A stretch of 64,000 nucleotides of DNA from Erysipelotrichales bacterium (GTDB lineage: Bacteria > Bacillota_I > Bacilli_A > RF39 > UBA660), in contig JAFLUY010000006.1 of NCBI GenBank assembly GCA_022508565.1, forward strand, positions 45,149 to 109,148, read 5' to 3'. How positions within the stretch are numbered: the first letter of the stretch is position 1; each line of letters starts with the position of its first letter. This document shows, piece after piece, positions 1 to 9,662 of the stretch. A program made the translations under genes and the position numbers. The notes beneath the pieces are model-generated. The model saw only the letters and a program-made list of their open reading frames with translations, was not told where the DNA came from and searched no databases.

Positions 1-598
1 GCTTTTTTATTATCTCTTTTTTTAATAAAATATTTCTTATTTCATTCCATCCATCTCGCCAATCATATCCAGCTCTGATAACTCCTAATGCATTTAATTC
101 TTCATCAGTTATGTTTTTATTGTGATATGATGGGAATAAAATTCTTGTTTCTATGTCATTATCTAAATTTGATAATCTATCATCAATTTGAATATCTGCT
201 TTAAATATATGCTTTGCATTTGTAAAAATAAAGTTTTCTGGTTTTAAAAAAGGAAAGTATTCTACTAAAAAGTCAAATTTATATTTGAAGAAATAACCTG
301 ATTTTTTAGGATTAAAGAAATTTAAACATGATGAACAAATGTAAATATCATATACCTCACTAAGTTCTTTTAATACTTCAATAGCGTTTGGCAATATTTG
401 GTCTTTATGGTATAAATTTTTTTCACTTATGAATTTATTAAACTCTTCCATTTTTTCTTTTGGAATTGCAACTTCATCAATATAATAATCAGTAAAGTCA
501 TCTATAACGTAACTAGTTCCCATAAATTCGTTAATTGCTTCTAAAAAACCAGAAAAGCAAATAACCTCATCAACGTCTAATAATAATGTTTTCTTCAT
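1..598 (-). CDS. HAD-superfamily nucleotidase, 5'(3')-deoxyribonucleotidase (NT5C)-like; partial, with the 3' end beyond the window start
   Basis: Reverse-strand ATG at 598 preceded by AAGGAGAT RBS. The translation MKKTLLLDVDEVICFSGFLEAINEFMG... carries the HAD motif I DxDxV. The reading frame stays open to position 1. Confidence 0.5.
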   Translation of the reverse strand, partial: MKKTLLLDVDEVICFSGFLEAINEFMGTSYVIDDFTDYYIDEVAIPKEKMEEFNKFISEKNLYHKDQILPNAIEVLKELSEVYDIYICSSCLNFFNPKKSGYFFKYKFDFLVEYFPFLKPENFIFTNAKHIFKADIQIDDRLSNLDNDIETRILFPSYHNKNITDEELNALGVIRAGYDWRDGWNEIRNILLKKEIIKK

Positions 599-654
599 AA
601 TTTTATCTCCTTACATGTTTAAATATTAGCATACAAGCCTATTTTAATCAATAA

Positions 655-1146
655 TTATAAATTCAGTAATTTACATATATTTTCAAAATGTCTAATTATT
701 TCTTCATCAGAAAAGTGATGACAATTAATAGATATACCAAATTTGGAATCTTTGCTATTTTTTATATTTTGTATTATGCTTTCTATATTCATTTTAGGCT
801 CATATAAATCATTTGTACAGTCTTCAAATTCATATATACTTAACTCGTTTTCATAATTTGTTAATAATTCATCCAAATTAATATCATTTAGTAATTCTTC
901 TTTTGTTTTATAAAACTCAAATTCTATGCCATCTAGATTAAAACAAATATCACCCTTATCTTTAATAGATATAACAGGCATATAATATTTCTGATGTACT
1001 AGTTCACCATTTATATTTATATAATGATTATTATATGAAGATAGTGTAGCATCATAGGCTAAATCAATTAATATTTTTAAATATCTTTCGGCATTAAAGT
1101 AAATGTTATCTAAAATCTTATGACAACATATGATATTTTTTTCCAT
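655..1146 (-). CDS. hypothetical protein (163 aa)
   Basis: Six-frame ORF. No recognisable motif and a weak RBS. Confidence 0.4.
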   Translation of the reverse strand: MEKNIICCHKILDNIYFNAERYLKILIDLAYDATLSSYNNHYININGELVHQKYYMPVISIKDKGDICFNLDGIEFEFYKTKEELLNDINLDELLTNYENELSIYEFEDCTNDLYEPKMNIESIIQNIKNSKDSKFGISINCHHFSDEEIIRHFENICKLLNL

Positions 1147-1187
1147 TTTAATAACTCATTTTCTATATTTTATCTTGATAATTTTTA

Positions 1188-1220
1188 TTAGTAAATAAAA
1201 AACAAGCATTATTGCTTGTT
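1188..1220 (-). terminator. intrinsic terminator hairpin (AACAAGCA-TTAT-TGCTTGTT) overlapping the stop codon of the 877-aa gene
   Basis: 8-bp inverted repeat followed by a T-run on the minus strand. Confidence 0.5.
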
Positions 1221-3842
1221 TTCTGGATTTGTTAATATTTTCTTTAAATAATCTGCTTCTTCATTATGTAGGCCACCAAGAGATGATTTATAAGCTTTAG
1301 AATTAATATATTCTTCCATTTCTTCTGATGAAACATAATCTAAAGTAACATCTTTTCCATCTTTATTTATAATTGGTAATTTTGCACGACGGCTAACTAA
1401 ATATTTCATGAGTGATAGATCATTAGTTAAGATAGCATATTCTGTTAAATATCCATCGATTACAAGTGTTCCAGTATCAGCTTCAACTGGAATACGCATT
1501 GGTTCAAACCTTCCTGGATTAGTAATATCATTATCATCATCATCACGACCATAAACCACTTCATCAAAATACCAATAAGGAAGTTTTGTATCAAATTCAG
1601 TAAAATAGTGATTGACACTTAAATGTGGTAAATGCCTTAGTATGGCGATTCTATCTTCTGGTTTTACTAGCCCAAATGCAGCTATTACGATATTTTCTAA
1701 ATAAGCATCAAGGTTATCATAATAATTTACTTTATAAGTATTATACATATATTTCTTGAAAAATTCTGGATCGCGTTTTTTAGGAATATGAGCTTTTGCA
1801 AATCTTTTTGCTTTATTAATAGTAATATCGAATTCAGATAATTTTTTTAATAGTTCTTCAAATACTTCTTTTTCTTTGATTTCATTATCGGCAATAAATG
1901 CTAGAATTTCTTCGTATTGTTGATTAAATGTTAAATCACCTAGCTCTAAATCACTATCTATATGAGCGAAGTATAATTTAATATATTTATCAATATCACT
2001 AAGTTTTTCTTTCTCGTCTTTGTTTTCATATTCTTTTTTCAGTGTGAATTCAATTGCTCTTAAAGTATTATCTTCATATCTAATATCGTATGATGCTAAT
2101 TCTAAAAATAATGGTTTTAAAGGATCTAAATAAAGATGTGCATACTCTCTATCAATATATCTTGCAATTAATCCATCTATTTTTTCTTTATTATCTTCAA
2201 TAACAGATGGACCGTTTCTTTTTATCATTCTTTTGATTACATCAATCATTCTATTTATTATTTCATCTTGATCAGATAATGACAAATGACTTTGTGGTTC
2301 AAAAACTTTTACAAAATGATCAATAATTACTTCAAATGGAGATTTTCCCTCATTGTTTGATACATTGATATCGCAGTTATCAATTATGTAATTACAAATT
2401 GTATCCATATCAGAATCATAACACCATTTCTTTAAGGTACTAAAGAATAGACTATCTTGTCGTTCTACATGACCATGTAAGTCATAACCAAGCTTTAATA
2501 AATATTTAAAAGTTTTTAAGTTTTGTACGTAACCCATAATTGGTAATTTTGAACGGTTCTCTTCTTTAACACGCGCTAATATATGTGTTATGTTATCAAC
2601 AAAATAAGAACTATGTCCATAAATATCAAATTTTTTATCAATAATTCTTTTAGCAATTTCATAATTTAAATCAATTTTTTCATGGCGAGGCGCAAAAAGG
2701 TTAATAAATACATCATAGAAAGCTTTGTTTTCATATGTTTTATTATAAATCATAGCTTTTATTAATCTTGAAATTCGGTATTCAATATTATTATCAAAAA
2801 TAATTTGTGCATATTTTCTAAAGTCAGTAATGTTACTGCTTATAAAAGTATATATTAAAGCATCAATAGTATTAATATCTTGTTTATCATCTTTATTATT
2901 TAAATCCCATAAATCATTGATTATTAATCTACGGTTTTCAATTAATTCGCTTTGATATCTCCATTCGTTATTATCGTTCTCGTCTCTTTCTTTGATTTCA
3001 TTTGAAATATGTTTTTCTTTCATAAATTTAACTATTGAATTATCAAAGATTTCAACATCTGGTGCAATGACACTGGAATATCTTAATAATTCTTTTAATT
3101 TATTCTCATCTTTGCAATAAGGTACTAACTTTTTAAAAATATTATAATGATTAATAGCTATAGCAGTTTCAAGAGCAGATGTATAACCTAAAGATTCATC
3201 ATTACACTCATATAGCGGATCAGCACCTAGTTCTAAATAAGTAGAAACTAATTCTTCATCCCAATTTTCTACTACCCAAGGGAATGATAGATTTATATCA
3301 TCTATATAAGGTAATATATGTTTTATTAGTCTTGAATTATGCATTCTTATTATTGAGTATAATAAGTTATTTCTTACTAAACGTTCTTTGTAACATATAT
3401 AACTTTTAAATAACTCTTTTCTTTTTTCGATAGGTAATGATTCAATAAGGTTTATCAAAACATCAGTTGTATCTTCTAATCTAGTACCAGCTCGTTTTTT
3501 TAAATTTTTATTATAATAGTTAATTATATCAATAATAGATTCTTCAATATCATAACTGTGTTTAACTACTGCTTCTAATGCACTATAATCTGCATAATGC
3601 AATAAGTAAATAGGACAAGATACTTTTTCTTCTTTTGTACCAACTGTGTAATGTAAAAGTTTTGGATTATATTCAAAAATATTTAATAATTCTATTTTTT
3701 CATCTACTGACCATTCTGAATTTGTAAATATTGTATCAATTGATAAAGTAACATTATCTTTTATTTTTCTAAATGCTTCTAGATCATGAGGATAATTCTT
3801 TATCAATGCCTCTAAAACATTTTCATAATTAATTTTTGCCAT
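1209..3842 (-). CDS. large hypothetical protein (877 aa) with ankyrin-repeat-like segments
   Basis: Long ORF with an AAGGAAGTG RBS. Several GADP...G.T.L..A......V..L-type stretches read as ankyrin-like, e.g. LELGADPLYECNDESLGYTSALETAIAINHYNIFKKLV and LKLGYDLHGH. Confidence 0.55.
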   Translation of the reverse strand: MAKINYENVLEALIKNYPHDLEAFRKIKDNVTLSIDTIFTNSEWSVDEKIELLNIFEYNPKLLHYTVGTKEEKVSCPIYLLHYADYSALEAVVKHSYDIEESIIDIINYYNKNLKKRAGTRLEDTTDVLINLIESLPIEKRKELFKSYICYKERLVRNNLLYSIIRMHNSRLIKHILPYIDDINLSFPWVVENWDEELVSTYLELGADPLYECNDESLGYTSALETAIAINHYNIFKKLVPYCKDENKLKELLRYSSVIAPDVEIFDNSIVKFMKEKHISNEIKERDENDNNEWRYQSELIENRRLIINDLWDLNNKDDKQDINTIDALIYTFISSNITDFRKYAQIIFDNNIEYRISRLIKAMIYNKTYENKAFYDVFINLFAPRHEKIDLNYEIAKRIIDKKFDIYGHSSYFVDNITHILARVKEENRSKLPIMGYVQNLKTFKYLLKLGYDLHGHVERQDSLFFSTLKKWCYDSDMDTICNYIIDNCDINVSNNEGKSPFEVIIDHFVKVFEPQSHLSLSDQDEIINRMIDVIKRMIKRNGPSVIEDNKEKIDGLIARYIDREYAHLYLDPLKPLFLELASYDIRYEDNTLRAIEFTLKKEYENKDEKEKLSDIDKYIKLYFAHIDSDLELGDLTFNQQYEEILAFIADNEIKEKEVFEELLKKLSEFDITINKAKRFAKAHIPKKRDPEFFKKYMYNTYKVNYYDNLDAYLENIVIAAFGLVKPEDRIAILRHLPHLSVNHYFTEFDTKLPYWYFDEVVYGRDDDDNDITNPGRFEPMRIPVEADTGTLVIDGYLTEYAILTNDLSLMKYLVSRRAKLPIINKDGKDVTLDYVSSEEMEEYINSKAYKSSLGGLHNEEADYLKKILTNPENKQ

Positions 3843-3888
3843 ATAAACACTTCCTTTTATTAAGAACTTATTCTAACAAATTATAAAG

Positions 3889-3910
3889 ATATAAGCAATA
3901 AAAAAGCTAC
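3889..3910 (-). terminator. intrinsic terminator after the GNAT gene (AGCTAC-ATTA-GTAGCT plus T-run on the minus strand)
   Basis: Inverted repeat immediately downstream of the 3919 stop on the minus strand. Confidence 0.5.
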
Positions 3911-3918
3911 ATTAGTAG

Positions 3919-4377
3919 CTAATTATTATCAATTTCTAAAATCAATGTTTCTTTAATAGTTTGAAATCCATGTTTATTATATAAATTCTTTGCTTTAATA
4001 TTGTTAGAACAAACACTTACTTCTATTGAGTTAACCTTATTTTCTTTTGACCAATGTTTAAAGTTTTCAATTAATTCATTAGCTATGCCTTTGTCTCTGA
4101 AAGAGTTATCAACATATAAAGCATCAAGCACAGATGTTTTGTTATTAATGGTTGGATCAACAGATTTTATATAACCATATAGATAACCAACGATCTTATT
4201 TTCATCCAGGGCAACTAGAATACATCTATTTTTATCTTCAACATAGTGTTCATAAAAGTCTTTAACAATAAAGTTTTCATTGATACTATCGTCATATTGC
4301 TTTTCATCTTGTATTAAAAGTGTTAATAAATCATTTAAATGTTTTGCGTCTTCTAAATGAGCTTTTCTTATATTCAT
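3919..4377 (-). CDS. GNAT family N-acetyltransferase
   Basis: 152 aa with acetyl-CoA binding-like motifs (VGYLYGYI...RDKGIANELIENF). Confidence 0.75.
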   Translation of the reverse strand: MNIRKAHLEDAKHLNDLLTLLIQDEKQYDDSINENFIVKDFYEHYVEDKNRCILVALDENKIVGYLYGYIKSVDPTINNKTSVLDALYVDNSFRDKGIANELIENFKHWSKENKVNSIEVSVCSNNIKAKNLYNKHGFQTIKETLILEIDNN

Positions 4378-4560
4378 AATTTTTTTCCTATTCTCTAACT
4401 AAATAACAATAAATAAAGGGTATTTATGCAAATAATATATACTTATAATTATGGTTTCTAAATTTGCTAAATAATAAAAAATATGTTATTTTATGACCAA
4501 GCGATAAAACATAGATTTGAATATTAAAACAACATTTTTTTATTAAAATGGGGGATTTAT

Positions 4561-6762
4561 ATGGCTGAGGTAAAAGTAAAAGTTAAACAATTTTTTAATA
4601 ACCAAATAAGCAAATATAACGTTAATTGTGAATCTTTATATAAAGTACTTGAACAATATCCAAAAGATATTGTGAATATTGTTATGGTATTTTATAAAAG
4701 AGGAGATAATAAATCATATTATTTACTCACCCGTATGTATGGACCAGCATTTGATGGAGAAGCGGCTAAAAGAGATTTATCATATTCGGAAAAAAATGAA
4801 TTAGAGTCTCTATTTAAAAGAATGGAACTGTTTTTAAATTATACTGTCAAGCAAATAGAAAAAGGAGCAAAGCCAGAAGATTTAAAAAAGATTTTTAGAA
4901 AAGCATCAGATGAAGAAATACTTGAACTATTAAAAGAGGATACAGTTGCTGATGTGAATACCGTGATATTTGATTTAGATAATTTTATGAAAACTAATAA
5001 TTTAACAGAAGATACTTTATCAAATATATTAGATTTTCATGATAATAGTGCAGAAAGAATAGCTTACAAAAGAAAACACGGAATTAATTGTAGTAAAATG
5101 AAAGCTGAAGATATTTGTCATACCTTATTTATCGATAATAATATTTTAAAAAGATATATAAAAAATGTTGAAAAGAATTTGCCTAATTTATTAAATAAGG
5201 CAAAAGAAGTTGAAGATAGTTTAAAAGTCTTAGGTTATAACGAAGAAGTTAAAAAGACAGATAAACATATAAAACCAACTGAAGATAAAAAAACAGAAAA
5301 CAATCCTACCCATGAATCACAGGCAAGCGCTGAACCAATTAAAAAAGATAAGACCGGAAAAATAATTGGTAATAATCGACCAAATAAGAGATTTGTTTAC
5401 TTTTTTGCAACTACTGATATGACAGAAGATGAAATAAAAAAACTAGAAGATAAAGTTATTGAAATAGCTTTCCTTTTAAAAGATGTTTGGAAAACAGCGT
5501 TTGATACTATGAGAAAATACTTTGGTGATGATTTACGTGGTACTTTTACAGGTTCTATGGATCCAGAAGATTTTGGACGCTATAGCGGCTTAAAAGATAA
5601 GATAAGAGAATTACAGCACTTAGAAATGGAAGACATCATAAAGAGCTTCTATGAAGCTGGAGAAGAAAAAACAAAAGAAGTTGTAATTGGAAATAAAGGA
5701 CCAGTAAAAAAATTTGTTTTCTTCTTTGCACCAATCGGTATGGATGAAGAAAATGTAAAAGAATTAGAAGATAAAGTTATTAAAATAGCTTTTCTTTTAA
5801 AAGACACTTATAAACAATCATTCGAACTTATGGTAAATTGTTTTGGAAGTGATTTAAGAGGTTGTTATTTAGGAACATTTACTAACAAAGATTATAATCG
5901 TTATAAAGGCTTAATTCATAAAATCAAAGAATTAAAAGTCCTAGACTTAGATGAAATAGAGATTAAACTTGAACAAGAAAAAGAAGCAAAAGAAAAAAGA
6001 AGAAGAGAAGCACCACAAAAACCGCTTGATCCAGATAAATTAATTGGAAACCGTGGCCCAATAAAAAAATTTGTTAATTTATTTGCTACAAATGGAATGA
6101 GCGAAAAAGAAAAAGCAGAAATATTAGATGAAGCAGTAGAAATGGCTTTTTATCTAAGAGATCATAAAGGCAAAAAAATAGGGTTTAATGCAGCTGCTCA
6201 CTTTTTTGGTGAAGATTTAAGACAAGAGTATGTTGGCAAGCTTGATACTAAAATTTATCCTGCTGCCAATAACTTTGCTTATGAAGTCAATTGTCATATT
6301 CATTGGAAAAAGAAAAGTGAACAAGAAAAAGTAGAAAGACTACATAATTATGAAGTTAAATTGGAATACCTTGATTCATTAATACATTTCGAAACGACTA
6401 TTAATAAGAAAAGTCCGTTAGATATTGCTCATGAACTTGATGTTCCAATTCATATTGTTTTAATGTCACTCATAAACAATATTACGCATTATGATATAGC
6501 CAGTATAATTAAATATATTGTAACTCGTCGTCAAGAATATATTGAAACGTTATTAAATTCTGATTATTTTAAACCATTAATGGATGAATTAACATTAATA
6601 GAAAAAAATTTAATATATTTAAAACTATTAAGTGTTTCAAATAAAGATATAACTGATGAATATATATCTAATATGTTAGGAATAACAATAGAAGACATTG
6701 AAAGTTATGAAATCTATAGTGATGATGAAGCCAAAAAATTATTAAGTTTATATTTAAAATAA
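4561..6762 (+). CDS. hypothetical protein with three tandem ~100-aa internal repeats and a sigma-70 region-4-like C-terminal HTH
   Basis: GGGGG RBS. Repeat units begin GNNRPNKRFVYFFATTDMTEDEIKKLEDKVIEIAFLLKD, GNKGPVKKFVFFFAPIGMDEENVKELEDKVIKIAFLLKD and GNRGPIKKFVNLFATNGMSEKEKAEILDEAVEMAFYLRD. The C-terminal segment LTLIEKNLIYLKLLSVSNKDITDEYISNMLGITIEDIES resembles sigma-70 region 4. Confidence 0.7.
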   Translation: MAEVKVKVKQFFNNQISKYNVNCESLYKVLEQYPKDIVNIVMVFYKRGDNKSYYLLTRMYGPAFDGEAAKRDLSYSEKNELESLFKRMELFLNYTVKQIEKGAKPEDLKKIFRKASDEEILELLKEDTVADVNTVIFDLDNFMKTNNLTEDTLSNILDFHDNSAERIAYKRKHGINCSKMKAEDICHTLFIDNNILKRYIKNVEKNLPNLLNKAKEVEDSLKVLGYNEEVKKTDKHIKPTEDKKTENNPTHESQASAEPIKKDKTGKIIGNNRPNKRFVYFFATTDMTEDEIKKLEDKVIEIAFLLKDVWKTAFDTMRKYFGDDLRGTFTGSMDPEDFGRYSGLKDKIRELQHLEMEDIIKSFYEAGEEKTKEVVIGNKGPVKKFVFFFAPIGMDEENVKELEDKVIKIAFLLKDTYKQSFELMVNCFGSDLRGCYLGTFTNKDYNRYKGLIHKIKELKVLDLDEIEIKLEQEKEAKEKRRREAPQKPLDPDKLIGNRGPIKKFVNLFATNGMSEKEKAEILDEAVEMAFYLRDHKGKKIGFNAAAHFFGEDLRQEYVGKLDTKIYPAANNFAYEVNCHIHWKKKSEQEKVERLHNYEVKLEYLDSLIHFETTINKKSPLDIAHELDVPIHIVLMSLINNITHYDIASIIKYIVTRRQEYIETLLNSDYFKPLMDELTLIEKNLIYLKLLSVSNKDITDEYISNMLGITIEDIESYEIYSDDEAKKLLSLYLK

Positions 6763-6864
6763 ATAAGTAAAATTTTATACTAATTATTAGTAATTTATAA
6801 AACTTGTCAAAATAAGCATTATTTGTTATTATATGCTAGAATTTTTAGTAATGAAGGGGTAATT

Positions 6865-7509
6865 ATGATTAAAAAAATAACAAAAATAATAACTGGTCTT
6901 ATTAAGTTATTTTTACAAATGATTATGTTGGTTTTAATTTTTTCGTTTCATAATTTTATAGTATCCAAGATTACACTAGGACTTATATTACTTGCAGTTG
7001 CTTCGACTATCGGAAGACATGTTTATTTTTTAATAAAAAACGCTATTAATCATGTTAAGTTTATAAAGAACATTAAAAGTCTTAATGAAGAAGAAGTTGA
7101 AAAAATAGAAAAAGACCTTGAAACTAAGATTAATTATACCAAAAATAGACTTGATGCTATTCAAAAGGTGGATATTTGTGAAGATGAAGTTATCTTTATT
7201 GACGGATATGTTCCAATAACTGATGAAATTTCTGAAGTAATATCATCAGAAGAATTTGAATCAAGTTACGAAGAATATTTAAAAAAACAAAAAGAAATAC
7301 TTTTAGAAAATAATGCTAATAAAAGAAGTAAATTAAAAAATGAATTAATTGTTCTTTCTTTTAATCTTCAAGAATTAGCAACAAAAAGTTTAATTTCAGA
7401 AAAAGAATCTGATGATATGGAAAGTTTATTACAAAACACGAAAGTTTTAAAAAATTATGAAAAAACAGCTGAAAAGGTTAAAAAATATTCAAGAAAACCA
7501 GTAAGATAA
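6865..7509 (+). CDS. membrane protein, hypothetical
   Basis: AGGGG RBS 6 nt before the ATG at 6865. Two N-terminal TM helices, then a charged coiled-coil-like C-terminus. Confidence 0.6.
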   Translation: MIKKITKIITGLIKLFLQMIMLVLIFSFHNFIVSKITLGLILLAVASTIGRHVYFLIKNAINHVKFIKNIKSLNEEEVEKIEKDLETKINYTKNRLDAIQKVDICEDEVIFIDGYVPITDEISEVISSEEFESSYEEYLKKQKEILLENNANKRSKLKNELIVLSFNLQELATKSLISEKESDDMESLLQNTKVLKNYEKTAEKVKKYSRKPVR

Positions 7510-7530
7510 TAGAAAAAGATGTTTACTTTT

Positions 7531-8409
7531 TCATTCAGAAACATAATTAATTTTAATATGTTTTTTAAGTGTTAAAAATCTGTCTTCTTCTGATTGTAAG
7601 ACAGCTTGAAATAAATTTTCTCGTTCATTTTCATTTATAGGTAGACCATATCTTACTTTTTCTTCAAAAGATAAGCTATTTATTTCTTCAAATCCTTGTA
7701 GTTTATCAAAGTGTAATACACTTTTTGCAGTATTTACTAAAACTCCATCTCCATTAAAGTTGTAACCCATAAGTGCTTGTGACATTCTTAATTCTTCAGT
7801 TAATTTGATTAAATCTTCATTTGCTTCCAAAGATGCAAGTTTATAAATTGAATCAGTAGCTTCTAAATTTGCATTTCTCTCTAAAGCAAGATTTTTCCTA
7901 TCATGTATTCCATACATAATTACACGTATAAAATATCTTATCATTTCTTCTAAGGAATAATTGAAAATATCATGTTTGGAATTAAAAAACATTTTATAAC
8001 AACTTTCTAACATAATACTTGGTGAAACTACTAAATCAGCTTTTATACAAGCTTGATATGCATGTTCAAGTTCATGTGAAAGACCAAATATTGCAATATA
8101 ATTTTTTAAATCATCTGTAGTTCTAAGATAATCTTTAAATAGTTTTAGAAATTGATTGTAATATTTTGTAACAGTTATTATAAAACCATCATAAGAAATA
8201 TTTATAGAGTTATCATTAACACTGAAATGAGGTTTAAAACTTTTATTTAAATCTAAAGAGTAAGAAACAAGTTGTTTTCCGTTCATATCTTTAATAATAA
8301 AGTCATCTAAAAAATTGGCTATAAATGTTTTATCGATACCTTTATTTCTTAAATACTCTAAATGATAATATAAAGATTATAAGTTTTCAGTTTCTTTTAT
8401 ATTTGACAT
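7531..8409 (-). pseudogene. HExxH metallopeptidase-like gene with an in-frame TAA after codon 10 (strong-RBS ATG at 8409, stop at 8377-8379, ORF continues in frame to 7531)
   Basis: AAGAGGAAG RBS before the 8409 ATG, whereas the ORF-track ATG at 8286 has no RBS. The 10-codon upstream ORF (MSNIKETENL) is followed by an in-frame TAA; after it the same frame continues into the 251-aa ORF. HELEH motif in the body. Confidence 0.45.
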
Positions 8410-8506
8410 AAGCTTCCTCTTTTTTTGCTAAGAGATATACTAACATATCGTGATATTAAATACAACAAATTTGAAATATAATAGATTCTATCTAAATAAA
8501 AAAACT

Positions 8507-8546
8507 ACTTTCGCATTTAAGCGATAGTAGTTTTTTATTATTGCTC
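8507..8546 (-). terminator. terminator hairpin downstream of the tRNA pair (AAAAACTACT...AGTAGTTTTT with an internal TCGC/GCGA sub-hairpin)
   Basis: 10-bp inverted repeat flanked by A- and T-runs. Confidence 0.5.
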
Positions 8547-8572
8547 GATAATATTCGAGTTTAGTATTAATT

Positions 8573-8657
8573 TGGTGCGGGTAACAGGAGTTGAACCTGC
8601 ACGGATTACTCCACTAGATCCTAAGTCTAGCGCGTCTGCCAATTCCGCCATACCCGC
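8573..8657 (-). tRNA. tRNA-Leu (anticodon UAG), long variable arm, CCA encoded
   Basis: The reverse complement folds as a cloverleaf: acceptor GCGGGTA/TACCCGC, anticodon stem CTAGA/TCTAG with the loop CTTAGGA. Confidence 0.85.
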
Positions 8658-8664
8658 AAAAAAA

Positions 8665-8741
8665 ATGGTGGATCTTGTAGGACTCGAACCTACGACCGCC
8701 CGGTTATGAGCCGGATGCTCTAACCAACTGAGCTAAAGATC
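8665..8741 (-). tRNA. tRNA with CAU anticodon, most likely tRNA-Ile2 (lysidine); elongator Met not excluded
   Basis: The reverse complement GGATCTTTAGCTCAGTTGGTTAGAGCATCCGGCTCATAACCGG...CCA, by recall, resembles the Bacillus subtilis tRNA-Ile(LAU) more than the elongator tRNA-Met. Confidence 0.8.
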
Positions 8742-8844
8742 CGTGAGCCATTGCTCTATAAATATAACATAATTTTTTTAGTTGTGCAATAACTTTTTGT
8801 CTTGTATTCCAATTTATGTTATTATATTCAGCAGGTGATTAATC

Positions 8845-9588
8845 ATGCTAAAAAGTATATTAAAAAATAAAAATGTATTTATTTTTGATTTAGATGGCAC
8901 ATTAATTGATTCCTTAAATATCTGGAGTACAGTTGATGCGATGATTATTAAAGAAATGACAGGTGCATCAGTTGATTTGTGTCACCTTAGTCTTGAAAGA
9001 GAACAATTTTTAGCAGAATGTAAAAGTAAAAGTCCATATCAAGACTACGTTGTATTTTTAATTGAAAGATATCAATTGGATTGTAATAAAGATGATTTAA
9101 TAGAGTATAGAAAAGGCGTAACATTCAAAATGCTAGAAAGTTTAAAGTTAAAACCATTTGCTTATGAACTACTAACTTTGTTAAAAAGTATGGGTAAAAC
9201 CTTATGTATTGCAACAACAGGCCCAAAAAGCAGTGTAGACCGTATACTTGGAAAAATAGAAGGTACTAAGATTATTGGTTCTTTATTTGATATAGTTATT
9301 ATGCAAAACGATGTAATTAATTTAAAACCAGCACCTGATGCTCATTTTAAAATAAAGGATATGTTGGGTATGGCAGATGCAGATGCTATAGTTATAGAAG
9401 ATTCTATAGTGGGAATTAATGCTGCAAAGCGTGCAAATCTTGATTATATAGTTGTAAGAGAAGATTACCATTCTAACCAAGATGAGATAAGAAATAGTGC
9501 TCCGATTTATGTAGAATCTTTAGAAGAAATCTATAATTCAATGTTAGAAATAGCAAATAATAAGCCGAAATTACGTGAATTATCATAA
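8845..9588 (+). CDS. HAD-family hydrolase (beta-phosphoglucomutase-like)
   Basis: N-terminal FIFDLDGTLIDS motif I and a later DS.VGI..A motif. Confidence 0.75.
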   Translation: MLKSILKNKNVFIFDLDGTLIDSLNIWSTVDAMIIKEMTGASVDLCHLSLEREQFLAECKSKSPYQDYVVFLIERYQLDCNKDDLIEYRKGVTFKMLESLKLKPFAYELLTLLKSMGKTLCIATTGPKSSVDRILGKIEGTKIIGSLFDIVIMQNDVINLKPAPDAHFKIKDMLGMADADAIVIEDSIVGINAAKRANLDYIVVREDYHSNQDEIRNSAPIYVESLEEIYNSMLEIANNKPKLRELS

Positions 9589-9662
9589 TATTGGCTAAAA
9601 AATTTGCTTTTTTTTTTCAATTATGTTATTATATAGCGCAATTCAAGGGGGAAGAGGAAAAA

